DNA of 57,149 nt from contig CANQEN010000001.1 of NCBI GenBank assembly GCA_947595045.1, positions 1-57,149 on the forward strand, read 5' to 3'. This DNA comes from an uncultured Bacilli bacterium (GTDB lineage Bacteria; Bacillota_I; Bacilli_A; RF39; UBA660). Both the position numbers and the translations under genes were made by a program. The notes under the pieces were generated by a model. That model did no database searches. It was not told where the DNA came from and saw only the letters and a list, made by a program, of their open reading frames with translations. How positions within the stretch are numbered: position 1 is the first letter of the stretch; every line of letters starts with the position of its first letter. Positions 19,289 through 29,972 of this stretch are shown here, in pieces.

Positions 19289-20005
19289 ATGGATTTTTCA
19301 GAACTAAATACAGTATTTTTTAGAGGTATAGTATCTTTATTTGTTCTTTTTATTGTAACTAAAATATTAGGTAAAAAGCAAGTATCAGAGTTAAGTATAT
19401 TTGATTATGTTATTGGTATATCTATTGGTAATTTTGCAGCTGAAATGACTATTAATACTGATTCACCAGAAATAAATGGTATATTTGCTGTTATTCTATT
19501 TGGGGTAGTAGCATATGTAGTATCTTATTTAACATTAAAAAGTATAACTTTAAGAAGATTCTTTATGGGTACACCTACTATTATTATTCAAGATGGTAAA
19601 CTTTTAAAACAAAATATGAAGAAAGTTAAATTAGATGTTAATGATTTATTAGAAGAGTGTAGAATTAATGGTTATTTTGATATATCCCAAATAAAGTGTG
19701 GTATATTAGAAGTAAATGGTGAAATGAGCTTTTTACCGTTTGCTAAGTATAGACCATTGCAAACAAGTGATATGAATATTAAAGTACCAGTTGATAATGT
19801 ACAAGCTAACGTTATTATTGATGGTAAAATTATGAAAGAGAATTTATATAATATGGAAAAAGATGAAAAATGGTTATTACAACAACTAAAAATACAAGGA
19901 TATAAAGAAATAAAAGATATTCTTCTATGCACTATTGATAATAATCAAAAAGTAACTGTTTATGAGGCTAATAATGAAGTTAAATCTAATGATATATTTG
20001 AATAA
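19289..20005 (+). CDS. DUF421 (YetF-like) membrane protein
   Basis: LGKKQVSELSIFDYVIGISIGNFAA motif, 3 TM helices and a soluble C-terminal domain. ATG 19289 with GGTGA 4 nt upstream. Confidence 0.8.
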   Translation: MDFSELNTVFFRGIVSLFVLFIVTKILGKKQVSELSIFDYVIGISIGNFAAEMTINTDSPEINGIFAVILFGVVAYVVSYLTLKSITLRRFFMGTPTIIIQDGKLLKQNMKKVKLDVNDLLEECRINGYFDISQIKCGILEVNGEMSFLPFAKYRPLQTSDMNIKVPVDNVQANVIIDGKIMKENLYNMEKDEKWLLQQLKIQGYKEIKDILLCTIDNNQKVTVYEANNEVKSNDIFE

Positions 20006-20065
20006 AAAGATTATCTTTAATTGGAATGCACCCTTTGGAGTAGACATTAATTGTAGATAACCTTT

Positions 20066-20695
20066 TTATATTCTCTTTTTTAATTCTTTTTTTATTTGTT
20101 TTTTTATACTACTTTTTCCTTTTCTTATAACTTTTTTTCTAATTTTTTTGCTAAAAAGACAAGCTATAATAATTATAATAATAACAATACCAATTATATA
20201 GTAATATGAACTATTATCTTCTTCCCCACTCCACATTCCTACTTTATTCTTTTTAGCTAACTCTTGTGTTTTTTCTAATTCACTAGTATACTTATAATCA
20301 CCATATAAATAAGCTACTTCAGCATACCCCTGTTCAATTAATTCTTTTTGTAATAATTGATTATCAACAAATACCCAAACTAAATCCCTATCATATTTAT
20401 CTTGCCTATTACTATTATCATCATATTCTAACCTGATATTATTAGCTCCAGTAAGCCTTTTACAAGTATAATTACTAGCCTCTTTACCATAAGCCTCTAC
20501 CCTTGTTTTAGTACTAACAGTTTCAGGAGTATCAATAGCTAAAAATCTAGCTTTAATAACCTCACCTTGATAATTAAATTTAGCTGTATCTCCATCAACA
20601 CAATTATTTAGAGTAACATCAATACTATACGCTTTTACTATATTAATATTAAAGAATAATATAAATAACAAAATAAATTTTTTCATAATCATCAC
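20066..20695 (-). CDS. Thermonuclease (SNase) family nuclease with signal peptide and C-terminal membrane anchor
   Basis: DGDTAKF..IKARFLAIDTPE, YGKEAS, DKYDRDLVWVF, GYAEV. C-terminal helix IIGIVIIIIIIACLF plus a Lys-rich tail. The true start may be ATG 20686 (MKKFILLF..). Confidence 0.85.
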   Translation of the reverse strand: MMIMKKFILLFILFFNINIVKAYSIDVTLNNCVDGDTAKFNYQGEVIKARFLAIDTPETVSTKTRVEAYGKEASNYTCKRLTGANNIRLEYDDNSNRQDKYDRDLVWVFVDNQLLQKELIEQGYAEVAYLYGDYKYTSELEKTQELAKKNKVGMWSGEEDNSSYYYIIGIVIIIIIIACLFSKKIRKKVIRKGKSSIKKQIKKELKKRI

Positions 20696-20746
20696 TATAA
20701 ATATTATAAAATAAAAAAAGAATTATTGGTATCCTAAATTAATAAC

Positions 20747-20775
20747 TTTACATATTATTTATTTAGTGATATAAT
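20747..20775 (+). promoter_or_regulatory. SigA-type promoter for typA
   Basis: -35 TTTACA (20747-20752), 17-nt spacer, extended -10 TGaTATAAT (20767-20775). RBS AAAGGAG downstream. Confidence 0.6.
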
Positions 20776-20805
20776 CCATAGGTGTCAAAAGGAGTTGAGG
20801 TATAA

Positions 20806-22614
20806 ATGAATAAAAGAAATATAGCAATAATAGCCCATGTAGACCATGGCAAAACAACCTTAGTAGATAAATTATTGCAATCATCAGGAACATTTAGAGA
20901 TAATGAAACAGTCCAAGATAGAGCAATGGATTCTAATGATATCGAAAGAGAAAGAGGCATAACTATATTAGCTAAAACAACAGCCATTAATTATAAAAAT
21001 TATCATATCAATATATTAGATACGCCAGGGCATGCTGATTTTGGTGGTGAAGTAGAGCGAATAATGAATATGGTAGATGGTGTACTATTAGTAGTTGATG
21101 CTTATGAAGGAACAATGCCTCAAACCAGATTTGTATTAAAAAAAGCTATGGAAGCAGGAGTAAAACCAATTGTTATTGTTAATAAAATAGATAAAGAATC
21201 AGCTAGACCTAAAGAGGTTATAGATGAGGTTATGGATTTGTTTATTGAATTAGGTGCTGATATCGAAGACTTAGATTTTCCAGTAGCATACTGTTCAGCT
21301 ATAAATGGAACATCATCATTTGATCCTGATATAAATACTCAAGAAGAAGGTATGAGTAAAATATTAGATATGATAATAGATTACATACCAGAACCTAGAG
21401 TTGATATTAATGGTTCATTACAATTCCAACCAGCTTTATTAGATTATAATGACTTTGTAGGAAGAATTGGTATTGGGTTAGTACATCGTGGTAAAATAAA
21501 AGTAAATCAAATGGTTAGTTGTGTTAGAACAGATGGATCTATTAAACAATTTAGGGTAGCTAAAATATATGGCTTTTTAGGATTGAAAAGAATAGAAATA
21601 GATAGTGCTGAAGCAGGAGACATTGTAGCAATAGCAGGCTTACCAGATATATCAGTGGGAGAAACAGTATGTGATATAGGATTAGAAGAAGCATTACCTC
21701 TACTCCACATAGATGAACCAACTTTACAAATGACATTTGGTGTAAATACTAGTCCATTTTGTGGTAGAGAGGGAAAAATAGTAACAGCTAGAAAAATAGA
21801 AGAAAGATTAATTAAAGAAACAGAAAGAGATGTATCACTAAAAGTAGAACCTAATGACTCAGAATCATTTATTGTATCAGGACGTGGAGAACTACACCTA
21901 TCTATTTTAATTGAAAATATGCGTAGAGAAGGATTTGAATTACAAGTATCAAAACCACAAATAATACAAAAAGAAATAAATGGAATATTAATGGAACCAT
22001 TTGAAGATTTGCAAATAGATGTACCCGAAGAATATGTTGGTAATGTAATAGAAGCTTTAGGCAATCGAGAGGGCATTATGGATAATATGACTAATCAGGA
22101 AAATCAAGTTACATTAAAATATACAGTTCCTACTCGTGGACTAATTGGTTTTATGACAGAATTTATGACTATGACTAAAGGGTATGGTATTGCTAATCAC
22201 ACCTTTAAAGAATATCGAGCTTTAGCTGGTTCTACAGTTGGTTCTAGAAAACAAGGTGTATTAGTATCAATGGAAAGTGGCAAAGCTACAGCCTATGCTT
22301 TGGGTGGACTAGAAGATAGAGGAGTTATGTTTATTGAACCTGGTACTGAAGTATATGAAGGTATGATTGTTGGTGAAAATAATCATGATAATGATTTAGC
22401 TGTCAATGTTGTAAAAGGAAAACAATTAACTAATACTAGAAGTGCTGGAAAAGATCATACTGTTGTTTTAAAAAGACCTAGACAAATGAGTTTAGAGGTA
22501 TGTTTAGATTTTATAAATGAAGATGAATTAGTAGAAATCACACCACTTAACTATCGTATGCGTAAAAAAATATTAAATACAAATGAAAGAAAAAAATTTG
22601 ATAGTAAAAAGTAA
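20806..22614 (+). CDS. typA: Translational GTPase TypA/BipA
   Basis: [35 protein letters not shown]; 602 aa. Confidence 0.95.
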   Translation: MNKRNIAIIAHVDHGKTTLVDKLLQSSGTFRDNETVQDRAMDSNDIERERGITILAKTTAINYKNYHINILDTPGHADFGGEVERIMNMVDGVLLVVDAYEGTMPQTRFVLKKAMEAGVKPIVIVNKIDKESARPKEVIDEVMDLFIELGADIEDLDFPVAYCSAINGTSSFDPDINTQEEGMSKILDMIIDYIPEPRVDINGSLQFQPALLDYNDFVGRIGIGLVHRGKIKVNQMVSCVRTDGSIKQFRVAKIYGFLGLKRIEIDSAEAGDIVAIAGLPDISVGETVCDIGLEEALPLLHIDEPTLQMTFGVNTSPFCGREGKIVTARKIEERLIKETERDVSLKVEPNDSESFIVSGRGELHLSILIENMRREGFELQVSKPQIIQKEINGILMEPFEDLQIDVPEEYVGNVIEALGNREGIMDNMTNQENQVTLKYTVPTRGLIGFMTEFMTMTKGYGIANHTFKEYRALAGSTVGSRKQGVLVSMESGKATAYALGGLEDRGVMFIEPGTEVYEGMIVGENNHDNDLAVNVVKGKQLTNTRSAGKDHTVVLKRPRQMSLEVCLDFINEDELVEITPLNYRMRKKILNTNERKKFDSKK

Positions 22615-23064
22615 ATACATTATTATTTAATAAATAAAAAAGGCTGTAATGAAATGATACAATTTCACTCAGTTCTTTTTTCTTTATTTTCAAACTAAAA
22701 AATATTGTAATTAAAAGACTTCATGATGATTTTATGATATAAAATAATTGACGAAATAATATACATTTTATTTTATAGTATATTTTAACAAAAAAAGTTT
22801 GAGTAAAGACTTAAAAACAAGTATTTTCTATTATATTTAATATAATATTGTTAAATAGCATAGAAACGGGAGTATATTTATTACAGCTATTTTCTCCTCT
22901 AAGTATAGAATAAAATTACATATCTACACCTTTTGAAATTGAATTTTACTTTAGTTTTTAGATATAACAGTTTCTTATAACAATATTTTATAGGGGAATA
23001 GATTTATTAATAAAATTATGATAAAATTAAATTAGTATGTATTGAAGTGAGAAAAGGTGAAAGA

Positions 23065-23850
23065 ATGGGAAAGATTATAGCATTTGTAAATCAAAAAGGT
23101 GGTGTTGGAAAAACAACATCTAGTATTAATTTAGCAGCCTCATTAGGTTTACTTGGCAAGAAAACTTTATTAATTGATTTAGATCCACAAGGTAATAGTA
23201 CTACTGGTGTAGGTATTAATAAAAGTGATATAAAGAAAAGTGTTTATGAGTTATTAATTGGAGAAGCAGATATTAAAGAAGTTGTAATAAAAACAAAGTT
23301 TAAAAATTTGTATACAATACCAGCTTCTATTAATTTAGCTGGTGTTGATATGGAGTTAATGAACTTGACTAGAGAGATTGATGGTTTTGTAGCACAATTA
23401 CAGTTAAAAAAATATCTAAGTCAGATTAGTGATATATTTGACTATATTATTCTAGATTGCCCTCCGTCATTAGGTTTAATTACAACTAATGCCCTAGCAT
23501 CTTCTAATTCGGTTATTATTCCAGTTCAATGTGAATTTTTTGCTCTTGAAGGAATTATGCAATTGTTAAATTCGATTATGATTGCTCAGAAAAAATTGAA
23601 TCCAACTTTAGAAATAGAAGGTGTTTTATTAACTATGTTAGATAATAGAACTAATTTGGGGTTAGAGGTAGTAGAAGAGATAAAAAGCTATTTTAAAGAG
23701 AAAGTGTATGATACGATTATTCCACGATTAGTTAGATTATCAGAAGCTCCTAGTCATGGAAAACCAATTCATGCATATGATCCAAAGAGTAGAGGTACTG
23801 AGGCTTATCTCAATTTGGCTAAAGAGGTGATAGAAAGAAATGGAAACTAA
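23065..23850 (+). CDS. parA: Chromosome partitioning ATPase ParA/Soj
   Basis: MGKIIAFVNQKGGVGKTT deviant Walker A, IDLDPQGN, ILDCPPSLG. AAGGTGA lies 4 nt before ATG 23065. Confidence 0.93.
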   Translation: MGKIIAFVNQKGGVGKTTSSINLAASLGLLGKKTLLIDLDPQGNSTTGVGINKSDIKKSVYELLIGEADIKEVVIKTKFKNLYTIPASINLAGVDMELMNLTREIDGFVAQLQLKKYLSQISDIFDYIILDCPPSLGLITTNALASSNSVIIPVQCEFFALEGIMQLLNSIMIAQKKLNPTLEIEGVLLTMLDNRTNLGLEVVEEIKSYFKEKVYDTIIPRLVRLSEAPSHGKPIHAYDPKSRGTEAYLNLAKEVIERNGN

Positions 23851-24715
23851 AAAGAGAGCTTTAGGTAAAGGTTTAGAACAATTATTTAATAGTGAAAATC
23901 TAGATTTAGAGACTTTTGAAAAAACTGTTTATGAAACGGCATCTAAAGAAGAAATTATTGATATACCAATAAATGAATTAAGGGCTAACCCATATCAGCC
24001 TCGTAAAGTATTTAATGATAATGCATTACAAGAATTAGCACAATCAATAAAAGAATATGGTATATTTCAACCTATTATTGTGAAAAAAAGTATTAAAGGG
24101 TATGAAATAATAGCTGGGGAACGAAGGGTTAGAGCTAGTAAAATAGCTGGATTAGAGAAAATACCTGCTATTGTACGTAATTTAGCTGATGAAAAAATGA
24201 TGGAGATTGCTTTATTAGAAAATTTACAAAGAGAAAATTTAAATGCAATTGAGGAAGCTACAGCTTATAAGGCTATGATTGATAAGTTAGGTCTTACCCA
24301 AGAACAATTAAGTGAAAAAGTAGGTAAAAGTAGAAGTCATATTACTAATATTTTAGGATTATTAAGATTACCTGATGATGTTCAACAGTTAGTAGTTAAT
24401 AATGAACTTAGTATGGGTCATGCTAGAGTATTAAGTAAGTTAGAAAATAAAGATGAAATAGAGAAAAAAGCTCGTGATATTATTGAAAATCAATTATCAG
24501 TTAGAAAATTAGAGTACCAAACAGAGGATGCTGAAAAGAAAATTAAGAGGGAACATAACGTTAAACATAATGCTCGCGAATTTCAATATGTTGAAGATTT
24601 ATTAAGAGATAAATTTGATACTAGAGTTAAGATTAAAGATAATAAAATAGAGATTAGTTTTACTAATACTGCTGATCTTAATAGAATATTAGAAATTATT
24701 GATGTAAAGGAATAA
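23840..24715 (+). CDS. parB: Chromosome partitioning protein ParB/Spo0J
   Basis: ALGKGLEQLF, NPYQPRK, IIAGERRVRASK, HTH LTQEQLSEKVGKSRSHITN. Confidence 0.93.
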   Translation: METKKRALGKGLEQLFNSENLDLETFEKTVYETASKEEIIDIPINELRANPYQPRKVFNDNALQELAQSIKEYGIFQPIIVKKSIKGYEIIAGERRVRASKIAGLEKIPAIVRNLADEKMMEIALLENLQRENLNAIEEATAYKAMIDKLGLTQEQLSEKVGKSRSHITNILGLLRLPDDVQQLVVNNELSMGHARVLSKLENKDEIEKKARDIIENQLSVRKLEYQTEDAEKKIKREHNVKHNAREFQYVEDLLRDKFDTRVKIKDNKIEISFTNTADLNRILEIIDVKE

Positions 24716-24718
24716 AAT

Positions 24719-25510
24719 ATGTTAAAAAGATTATTAGTTAAGGAAATAGTAGCACCTATTATTATCATTATTGTAAGCACTATTAGTTATATTATTGTAA
24801 GTCGTATTTTAAAAAAAATATTTAAAGTTAGGATGCATAAAGTTAACGTAGCTAAACAAAAAACATTAGGTTCTCTTATAAATAATGTAGTTAAATATTT
24901 TATTGCTGCTATAGCGATTTTAATGATATTAGAAGTATACGGTATTGATACTAAGTCATTAGTAGCTTCTTTAGGGGTATTTAGTTTAGTAGCAGGACTA
25001 GCACTACAAGATTTATTAAAAGATTTAATAGCTGGATTTAGTATTATTTTAGAAGATCAATTTTCTATTGGTGATATTGTTAAGATAGGTGAGTTTGAAG
25101 GTACGGTTATTTATTTAGGGTTAAAGGCTACTAAAATAAAAACCTATAGTGGTGAAATTAAAATTATTTCTAATCGCAATATTACCGAAGTTATTAATTA
25201 TAGTTTAGAGCTACATAATACTTTTTTAGATATTGATGTATCTTATGATGCTGATATTGAAAAAACTAAAAAATTATTAGAAGATATATGTGATAGACTT
25301 AGTGATGAATTAAAATTAAAAGAAAAAGCTACTTGTTTAGGGGTAGATAAATTAGGAAATAATTCAGTTGTTTATCGAATATCAATTCCAACTGATTATC
25401 GTGATTCATTTAATATAAGTCGTAAGTTTAAAGCTGAAATAAAATGGGTTTTTGATCAACATGGTATTGAAATTCCATATCAACAGGTGGTGATTCATAA
25501 TGAACAATAG
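24719..25510 (+). CDS. Small-conductance mechanosensitive channel (MscS family)
   Basis: 3 TM helices. LALQDLLKDLIAGFSIILEDQFSIGDIVKIGEFEGTV is the MscS pore/beta-domain signature. Confidence 0.85.
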   Translation: MLKRLLVKEIVAPIIIIIVSTISYIIVSRILKKIFKVRMHKVNVAKQKTLGSLINNVVKYFIAAIAILMILEVYGIDTKSLVASLGVFSLVAGLALQDLLKDLIAGFSIILEDQFSIGDIVKIGEFEGTVIYLGLKATKIKTYSGEIKIISNRNITEVINYSLELHNTFLDIDVSYDADIEKTKKLLEDICDRLSDELKLKEKATCLGVDKLGNNSVVYRISIPTDYRDSFNISRKFKAEIKWVFDQHGIEIPYQQVVIHNEQ

Positions 25511-25685
25511 TTATCAAGTTGGTAGTATAGTTGTAATGAAAAAAGAACACCCATGTAGGACAAATGAATGGACTGTAGTTAGAACAGGTGCTGATATAAA
25601 AATTAAATGTAATAATTGTGGACGTTTTGTAATGTTACCAAGAATAGAATTTAATAAAAAGGTTAAAAAAGTTATTAAAGTATAG
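25500..25685 (+). CDS. DUF951 family protein (YyzM-like)
   Basis: 61 aa; KKEHPCRTNEWTVVRTGADIKIKCNNCGRFVMLPRIEFNKKVKKV. Confidence 0.85.
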   Translation: MNNSYQVGSIVVMKKEHPCRTNEWTVVRTGADIKIKCNNCGRFVMLPRIEFNKKVKKVIKV

Positions 25686-25693
25686 GAGCGTTT

Positions 25694-27199
25694 ATGTTAA
25701 AGAGAAATAAAAATAAAAATAAAAAGCATATTGGACCTATAACAATGATGATAGCTATTACTATTGTTGTTATGTTTTTAAGTTTTATTTTAAATAAGTT
25801 AGGTTTTAAAGGATATATAACAGAAATGGATATGTCATCTACTGATTTAGTTACAGTTAATAATGCTTTTAGTAAAGAAGGTATTCAACAAATAATTGGT
25901 AATAGTGTAGCTAATTTTAGAGCTTTAGAACCGTTAGTGGTATTAATTATGTCTCTTATATCCATTTCCGTATTAGAAGCTAGTGGTTTGCTTTATCATC
26001 TATTTACCCCATTAAAAAGAATTAAACCTAGTATTTTAACTTTTATAATTATGTTTATAAGTATTATATCTACTATAATTGGTGATTATAGTTATGCTAT
26101 TTTATTGCCTGTTATAGGGATACTTTATAATTATATAGGAAGAGATCCTAAATTAGGTATTATGACTGTATTTATAGGTATTACAATGGGTTATGGAACA
26201 GGATTAATGTTTAATTATCAAGATATTCAGTTAGGTTCTATGACTGAAATAGCAGCTTTAGATGTTCTTAAAGATTATAGTTTTTCTCAAATGTCAATTA
26301 TTTTATTGATGATTATATCTACAGTTATTTTATCATTAGTGGGTTCTTATGCTATTAATCATTATTTTAATAAAAAATATAAAAGTGAAGAAATCGAAGA
26401 ATTTAATAAATCTGGTAGAGCATTAAAGGTAACAGCTTTAGTATTTATTATCTTTTTAGCTATCTTTATTTATAGTATTATACCTAATTTACCATTATCT
26501 GGATTATTATTAGATAGTAATAATGGCAGCTATATGGATCAATTATTTAGCGAGCATGCAGCTTTTAGAGAAGGATTTTTATTATTATTTATTATTGTAT
26601 TTATGATATGTGGATATATATATGGTAAAATATCTCGTAATATAAAAAATAATAAAGAATATAATAAAGCTATTTCTAAGGCTTTTGAAAATACTGGTTT
26701 CTTATTTGCTAGTCTATTCTTTGCATCATTAATGATTAGTATTATAGATTGGACTAATATAACGACGGTAATATCAGTTAATTTAATAGATTTTTTAGGT
26801 AAAATGCAATTAAGTGGCTTTTTCTTGATTGTACTTACTCTTTTAGTATGTATTATTATATCTATTATTTCACCTAAAACAATTTATAATTGGCAATTAA
26901 TGGCACCTGTATTAGTTCCATTATTAATTAGAGCTAATATTACTCCATCATTTACTCAATTTATCTTTAAAGTAGCTGATTCTATAGGTAAAAGTTTTAG
27001 TCCTATATATATATATTTAATTATTGCTATTGGTTTTTTATATAAATATGATGATGATAGAGATAATATAACTATATTTGGAACGATAAAAAAAATGATG
27101 CCAATCACTATTATGTTAACTATAGCATGGATAGTTATTATATTAGGGTGGAATTTACTTGGAATGAGGACTGGTCTAGGAACTTATACAACTATATAA
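25694..27199 (+). CDS. AbgT family (p-aminobenzoyl-glutamate-type) transporter
   Basis: 501 aa, polytopic. N-terminal region SKEGIQQIIGNSVANFRALEPLVVLIMSLISISVLEASGLL fits the AbgT signature (..NF..F.PLG.VL...GVG.AE.SGL). Confidence 0.7.
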   Translation: MLKRNKNKNKKHIGPITMMIAITIVVMFLSFILNKLGFKGYITEMDMSSTDLVTVNNAFSKEGIQQIIGNSVANFRALEPLVVLIMSLISISVLEASGLLYHLFTPLKRIKPSILTFIIMFISIISTIIGDYSYAILLPVIGILYNYIGRDPKLGIMTVFIGITMGYGTGLMFNYQDIQLGSMTEIAALDVLKDYSFSQMSIILLMIISTVILSLVGSYAINHYFNKKYKSEEIEEFNKSGRALKVTALVFIIFLAIFIYSIIPNLPLSGLLLDSNNGSYMDQLFSEHAAFREGFLLLFIIVFMICGYIYGKISRNIKNNKEYNKAISKAFENTGFLFASLFFASLMISIIDWTNITTVISVNLIDFLGKMQLSGFFLIVLTLLVCIIISIISPKTIYNWQLMAPVLVPLLIRANITPSFTQFIFKVADSIGKSFSPIYIYLIIAIGFLYKYDDDRDNITIFGTIKKMMPITIMLTIAWIVIILGWNLLGMRTGLGTYTTI

Positions 27200-27240
27200 A
27201 AAGACAAATAAGTAATAATTATGAATTATTTGTCTTTTTT
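27199..27240. terminator. Bidirectional rho-independent terminator between convergent genes
   Basis: AAAAGACAAATAA (27199-27211) pairs with TTATTTGTCTTTT (27226-27238). 13-bp stem, 14-nt loop, with A- and T-tracts on either side. Confidence 0.75.
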
Positions 27241-27243
27241 ATT

Positions 27244-28449
27244 TTAACATAATATTTTAGTTTTTGGCTTTTCTGGATATTTTTCTGGATATAATAAGTT
27301 ATTATAAATATAAGTTTCTATTTTTTCTAAATCTTCTCTAGAATCAAACCACCTAACTTTTCTATTATTAGTTATTTCACTAATAATCTCTATACCATAT
27401 TTCTTTGTTCTACAAAGAGTTATACCATAAGAATCTTCTAAAAAATAGGGATAGTCTTTAATTAAATTATCTAAATTGCTATCTTCTAAATTAATTAATT
27501 TATCATCTTCTGTTTTCACCAATTTATTATTTAGAATTTTTTTTCTTTTCGTCTCTAAATCGAATAGTATAATATTTTTTTGTTCCTCAAATATTATATA
27601 ATCATCAAGTATAAAGAAGTTTTCATTCCAAAGACCCTCACAACTTAAAATTTTATTAAAATCTTTATCGTATACATCAATTTTATTATCAACTATTGCA
27701 AATAAAGGCAAATGTAAATTTATAAACAAAATTTCTTGATAAATACATTCAATTTTTATGTCTCCATTTTGATCAATAATACCATATTTATTATTTGTTT
27801 TTATATAATAATGATTATTTGATATACCTATACCTATGCCTATATCGTCACATATTATTTTTTTATCAAAATTGAATATAAATCCTTTATTTTTCTGATA
27901 AAGGGCTGAATAATTATTTTGATCAGTTAATAATATATGAAAGCCGGGTAATAATTCTATTTTTTTATATTTGTCTGTTAAATTTATAATGATATTATAT
28001 TCGTTATCGATAACCCCATATAAATTATTTTTATATATTATAGCCATAAGATTAGTAAAACCAGACATAGCATCCCAATATTCGTTTGATATTTTTCCAT
28101 GCCTATATGGGGGATATTTTTTTATCATTGGTTTTTTAGGTTTTTCATAATTACAATTAGAACTAATTATCTTATTGACTTCAATTTCATTTAAATTATA
28201 TTCAGGGTGGTAAAGATATAAAGGGTCAAACTCAACACGTCTACATTCACCATTACAAAGATTAATTGCTTTAAAAAAGCTAGTTGTATATCTAGCAAGA
28301 TATATTTCATTATTGTAATTATATAATTTAAATTGTTTGTATTCTTCTTCGTTTAAAGAATATTCAGTTAATGAATATGTTCTATTTTTGATGTATTGTT
28401 TTAAAACTTCTTTTGTTGTTCGTTTAGTTATAATTTCTTTAATTTTCAT
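27244..28449 (-). CDS. WG-repeat-containing protein, function unknown
   Basis: 401 aa. Repeats of the WG/KWG type: NNLYGVIDNEYNIIINL and NNKYGIIDQNGDIKIECIYQEI. Lies 2 nt downstream of the preceding gene, so it is in an operon with it. Confidence 0.65.
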   Translation of the reverse strand: MKIKEIITKRTTKEVLKQYIKNRTYSLTEYSLNEEEYKQFKLYNYNNEIYLARYTTSFFKAINLCNGECRRVEFDPLYLYHPEYNLNEIEVNKIISSNCNYEKPKKPMIKKYPPYRHGKISNEYWDAMSGFTNLMAIIYKNNLYGVIDNEYNIIINLTDKYKKIELLPGFHILLTDQNNYSALYQKNKGFIFNFDKKIICDDIGIGIGISNNHYYIKTNNKYGIIDQNGDIKIECIYQEILFINLHLPLFAIVDNKIDVYDKDFNKILSCEGLWNENFFILDDYIIFEEQKNIILFDLETKRKKILNNKLVKTEDDKLINLEDSNLDNLIKDYPYFLEDSYGITLCRTKKYGIEIISEITNNRKVRWFDSREDLEKIETYIYNNLLYPEKYPEKPKTKILC

Positions 28450-28451
28450 TT

Positions 28452-29855
28452 TTATTTATCCTTTTCTTTTATTTTTAATTTTTGATATTCTTTTGTATTT
28501 TTAATATTTAAAAGTTTACATATTTCTTTACGTAATACATCTTTGCATAATTTTTGATTTATTTCTTCCATCATGTCTGGTTGTATTTCTTTTAATTTTA
28601 AATAGAGTTCTTTATTAATGTTTGATGTATTTATATTGTTTAATAATTTTTGAACTATTTCATCATTATATTCTAAACAAATTGTTTTATAATTTTCAAA
28701 AATTTTCTCTAAAAATTTCATATTTATATCTGGAATATGACAAGTATTAAAGCGTGAATATTCGTGTTTAACTGTATAATACGATTCAGATGATGGGCAT
28801 CCAGTCATAAGCTGTTCGAATGGGCTATAGTAATTAGTCTTTAAAACTGGTACTGTTTTATTAATTTCAAAATCTAATTTAAAAAAAGGAGGATAGTTAT
28901 TAATAATTAATTCTTTTAGCTCTATAAGTTCATATAAATTATTAGTTCTATTACTGCTTAATAATTTGTTTATAAAGGTAAAATCATTCATAAAATAATT
29001 TTCCCATTTATAAACAAAATAAATCCAATCGTATGGAGTGGTATCCAATATCCACATTGATTCCAATAATTGTTTAATATCAATATTAGGTATATTTAAT
29101 TTTTCCTTTATTTTATTATTCCTAATTCTAAAATAGTCAAAAAATTCTAATAATATGCTAAAACGAGCACTATTTGGTATATGTATATAAAAAGATACTG
29201 GTTTAATATATTCTAAAATAATATTTTTTAAATTTTTTGGGCAATTATTAAGTAAACTAATATATTTATTAAATAAAGATAAGTCATTTGTATATAAGCA
29301 TAATGTATAAATGTCATCTAATGTTATATATGGATTATTGTTTAAGATATTATCAATATCTAAATCTATTATTAAGTTATCTTTTAATAAGCAATAGAAT
29401 AAATTATTAGGAGCTAAACTTTTTTCTAAATATGTTTTATATAATGCATCAATTAATTTTTCAATATTTAACTGTTTAATAGCTTCAATATTTATTTTTC
29501 TAGTAAAGCCTATACCCATATGATCAAGGTAAACAGCTTCTTTATCATTATTAGTTGGCGAATAAAATCCATATTTTTTAAATAAATTATAAAAATTAAA
29601 AATGCAAAATATAGTTAATTGGAAACTGCAATTATTAAATAGGTTAGAAATATTATGGTAATTAGAATAAAAGAGGTCACCTTTTTGTTTAAGATTTTTA
29701 AGTTCATCATTTTTAAGTTCATCGTCTAGATATTTAAGTTCATTATTTGTCTGATGCCTAATTATAGATACTATATTATCATTAATTATAAGTCCATCAT
29801 CTTCTAGTCTTAGTTTTTCAAAATTATTATTTATTGTGTTATTGTTTTTATTCAT
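28452..29855 (-). CDS. Hypothetical 467-aa protein (no recognisable motif)
   Basis: Clean long ORF. GGAGGT lies 6 nt before ATG 29855, inside the longer ORF-track start at 29876. Asn/Lys/Ile-rich with no TM helix by eye. Confidence 0.6.
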   Translation of the reverse strand: MNKNNNTINNNFEKLRLEDDGLIINDNIVSIIRHQTNNELKYLDDELKNDELKNLKQKGDLFYSNYHNISNLFNNCSFQLTIFCIFNFYNLFKKYGFYSPTNNDKEAVYLDHMGIGFTRKINIEAIKQLNIEKLIDALYKTYLEKSLAPNNLFYCLLKDNLIIDLDIDNILNNNPYITLDDIYTLCLYTNDLSLFNKYISLLNNCPKNLKNIILEYIKPVSFYIHIPNSARFSILLEFFDYFRIRNNKIKEKLNIPNIDIKQLLESMWILDTTPYDWIYFVYKWENYFMNDFTFINKLLSSNRTNNLYELIELKELIINNYPPFFKLDFEINKTVPVLKTNYYSPFEQLMTGCPSSESYYTVKHEYSRFNTCHIPDINMKFLEKIFENYKTICLEYNDEIVQKLLNNINTSNINKELYLKLKEIQPDMMEEINQKLCKDVLRKEICKLLNIKNTKEYQKLKIKEKDK

Positions 29856-29925
29856 AAGAATACCTCCTAATTTCATTATAATGTTAAGGTTGTAATAAGT
29901 AAAATATCATTTTTTTATTATATTA

Positions 29926-29955
29926 ATAACTTTTAGTTATAAATTGTGTTATAAT
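29926..29955. promoter_or_regulatory. LysR-type palindrome (T-N11-A) overlapping the lysR promoter in the divergent intergenic region
   Basis: ATAAC-TTTTA-GTTAT is a perfect dyad at 29926-29940. The extended -10 TGtTATAAT is at 29947-29955, and RBS AGGTGGAG is at 29961-29968. Confidence 0.45.
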
Positions 29956-29972
29956 GATTTAGGTGGAGATTT

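Noticed and set aside
21507-22076. 189-aa ORF antisense to typA.
   Set aside because: It lies entirely inside a highly conserved gene on the opposite strand, has a low-complexity Ser/Ile-rich translation, and has no RBS.
22615-23046. The 430-nt AT-rich gap upstream of parA as a replication origin with DnaA boxes.
   Set aside because: I found no TTATCCACA or TGTGGATAA. The best match, ATATCTACA, has two mismatches and occurs once. dnaA and dnaN are not in the window.
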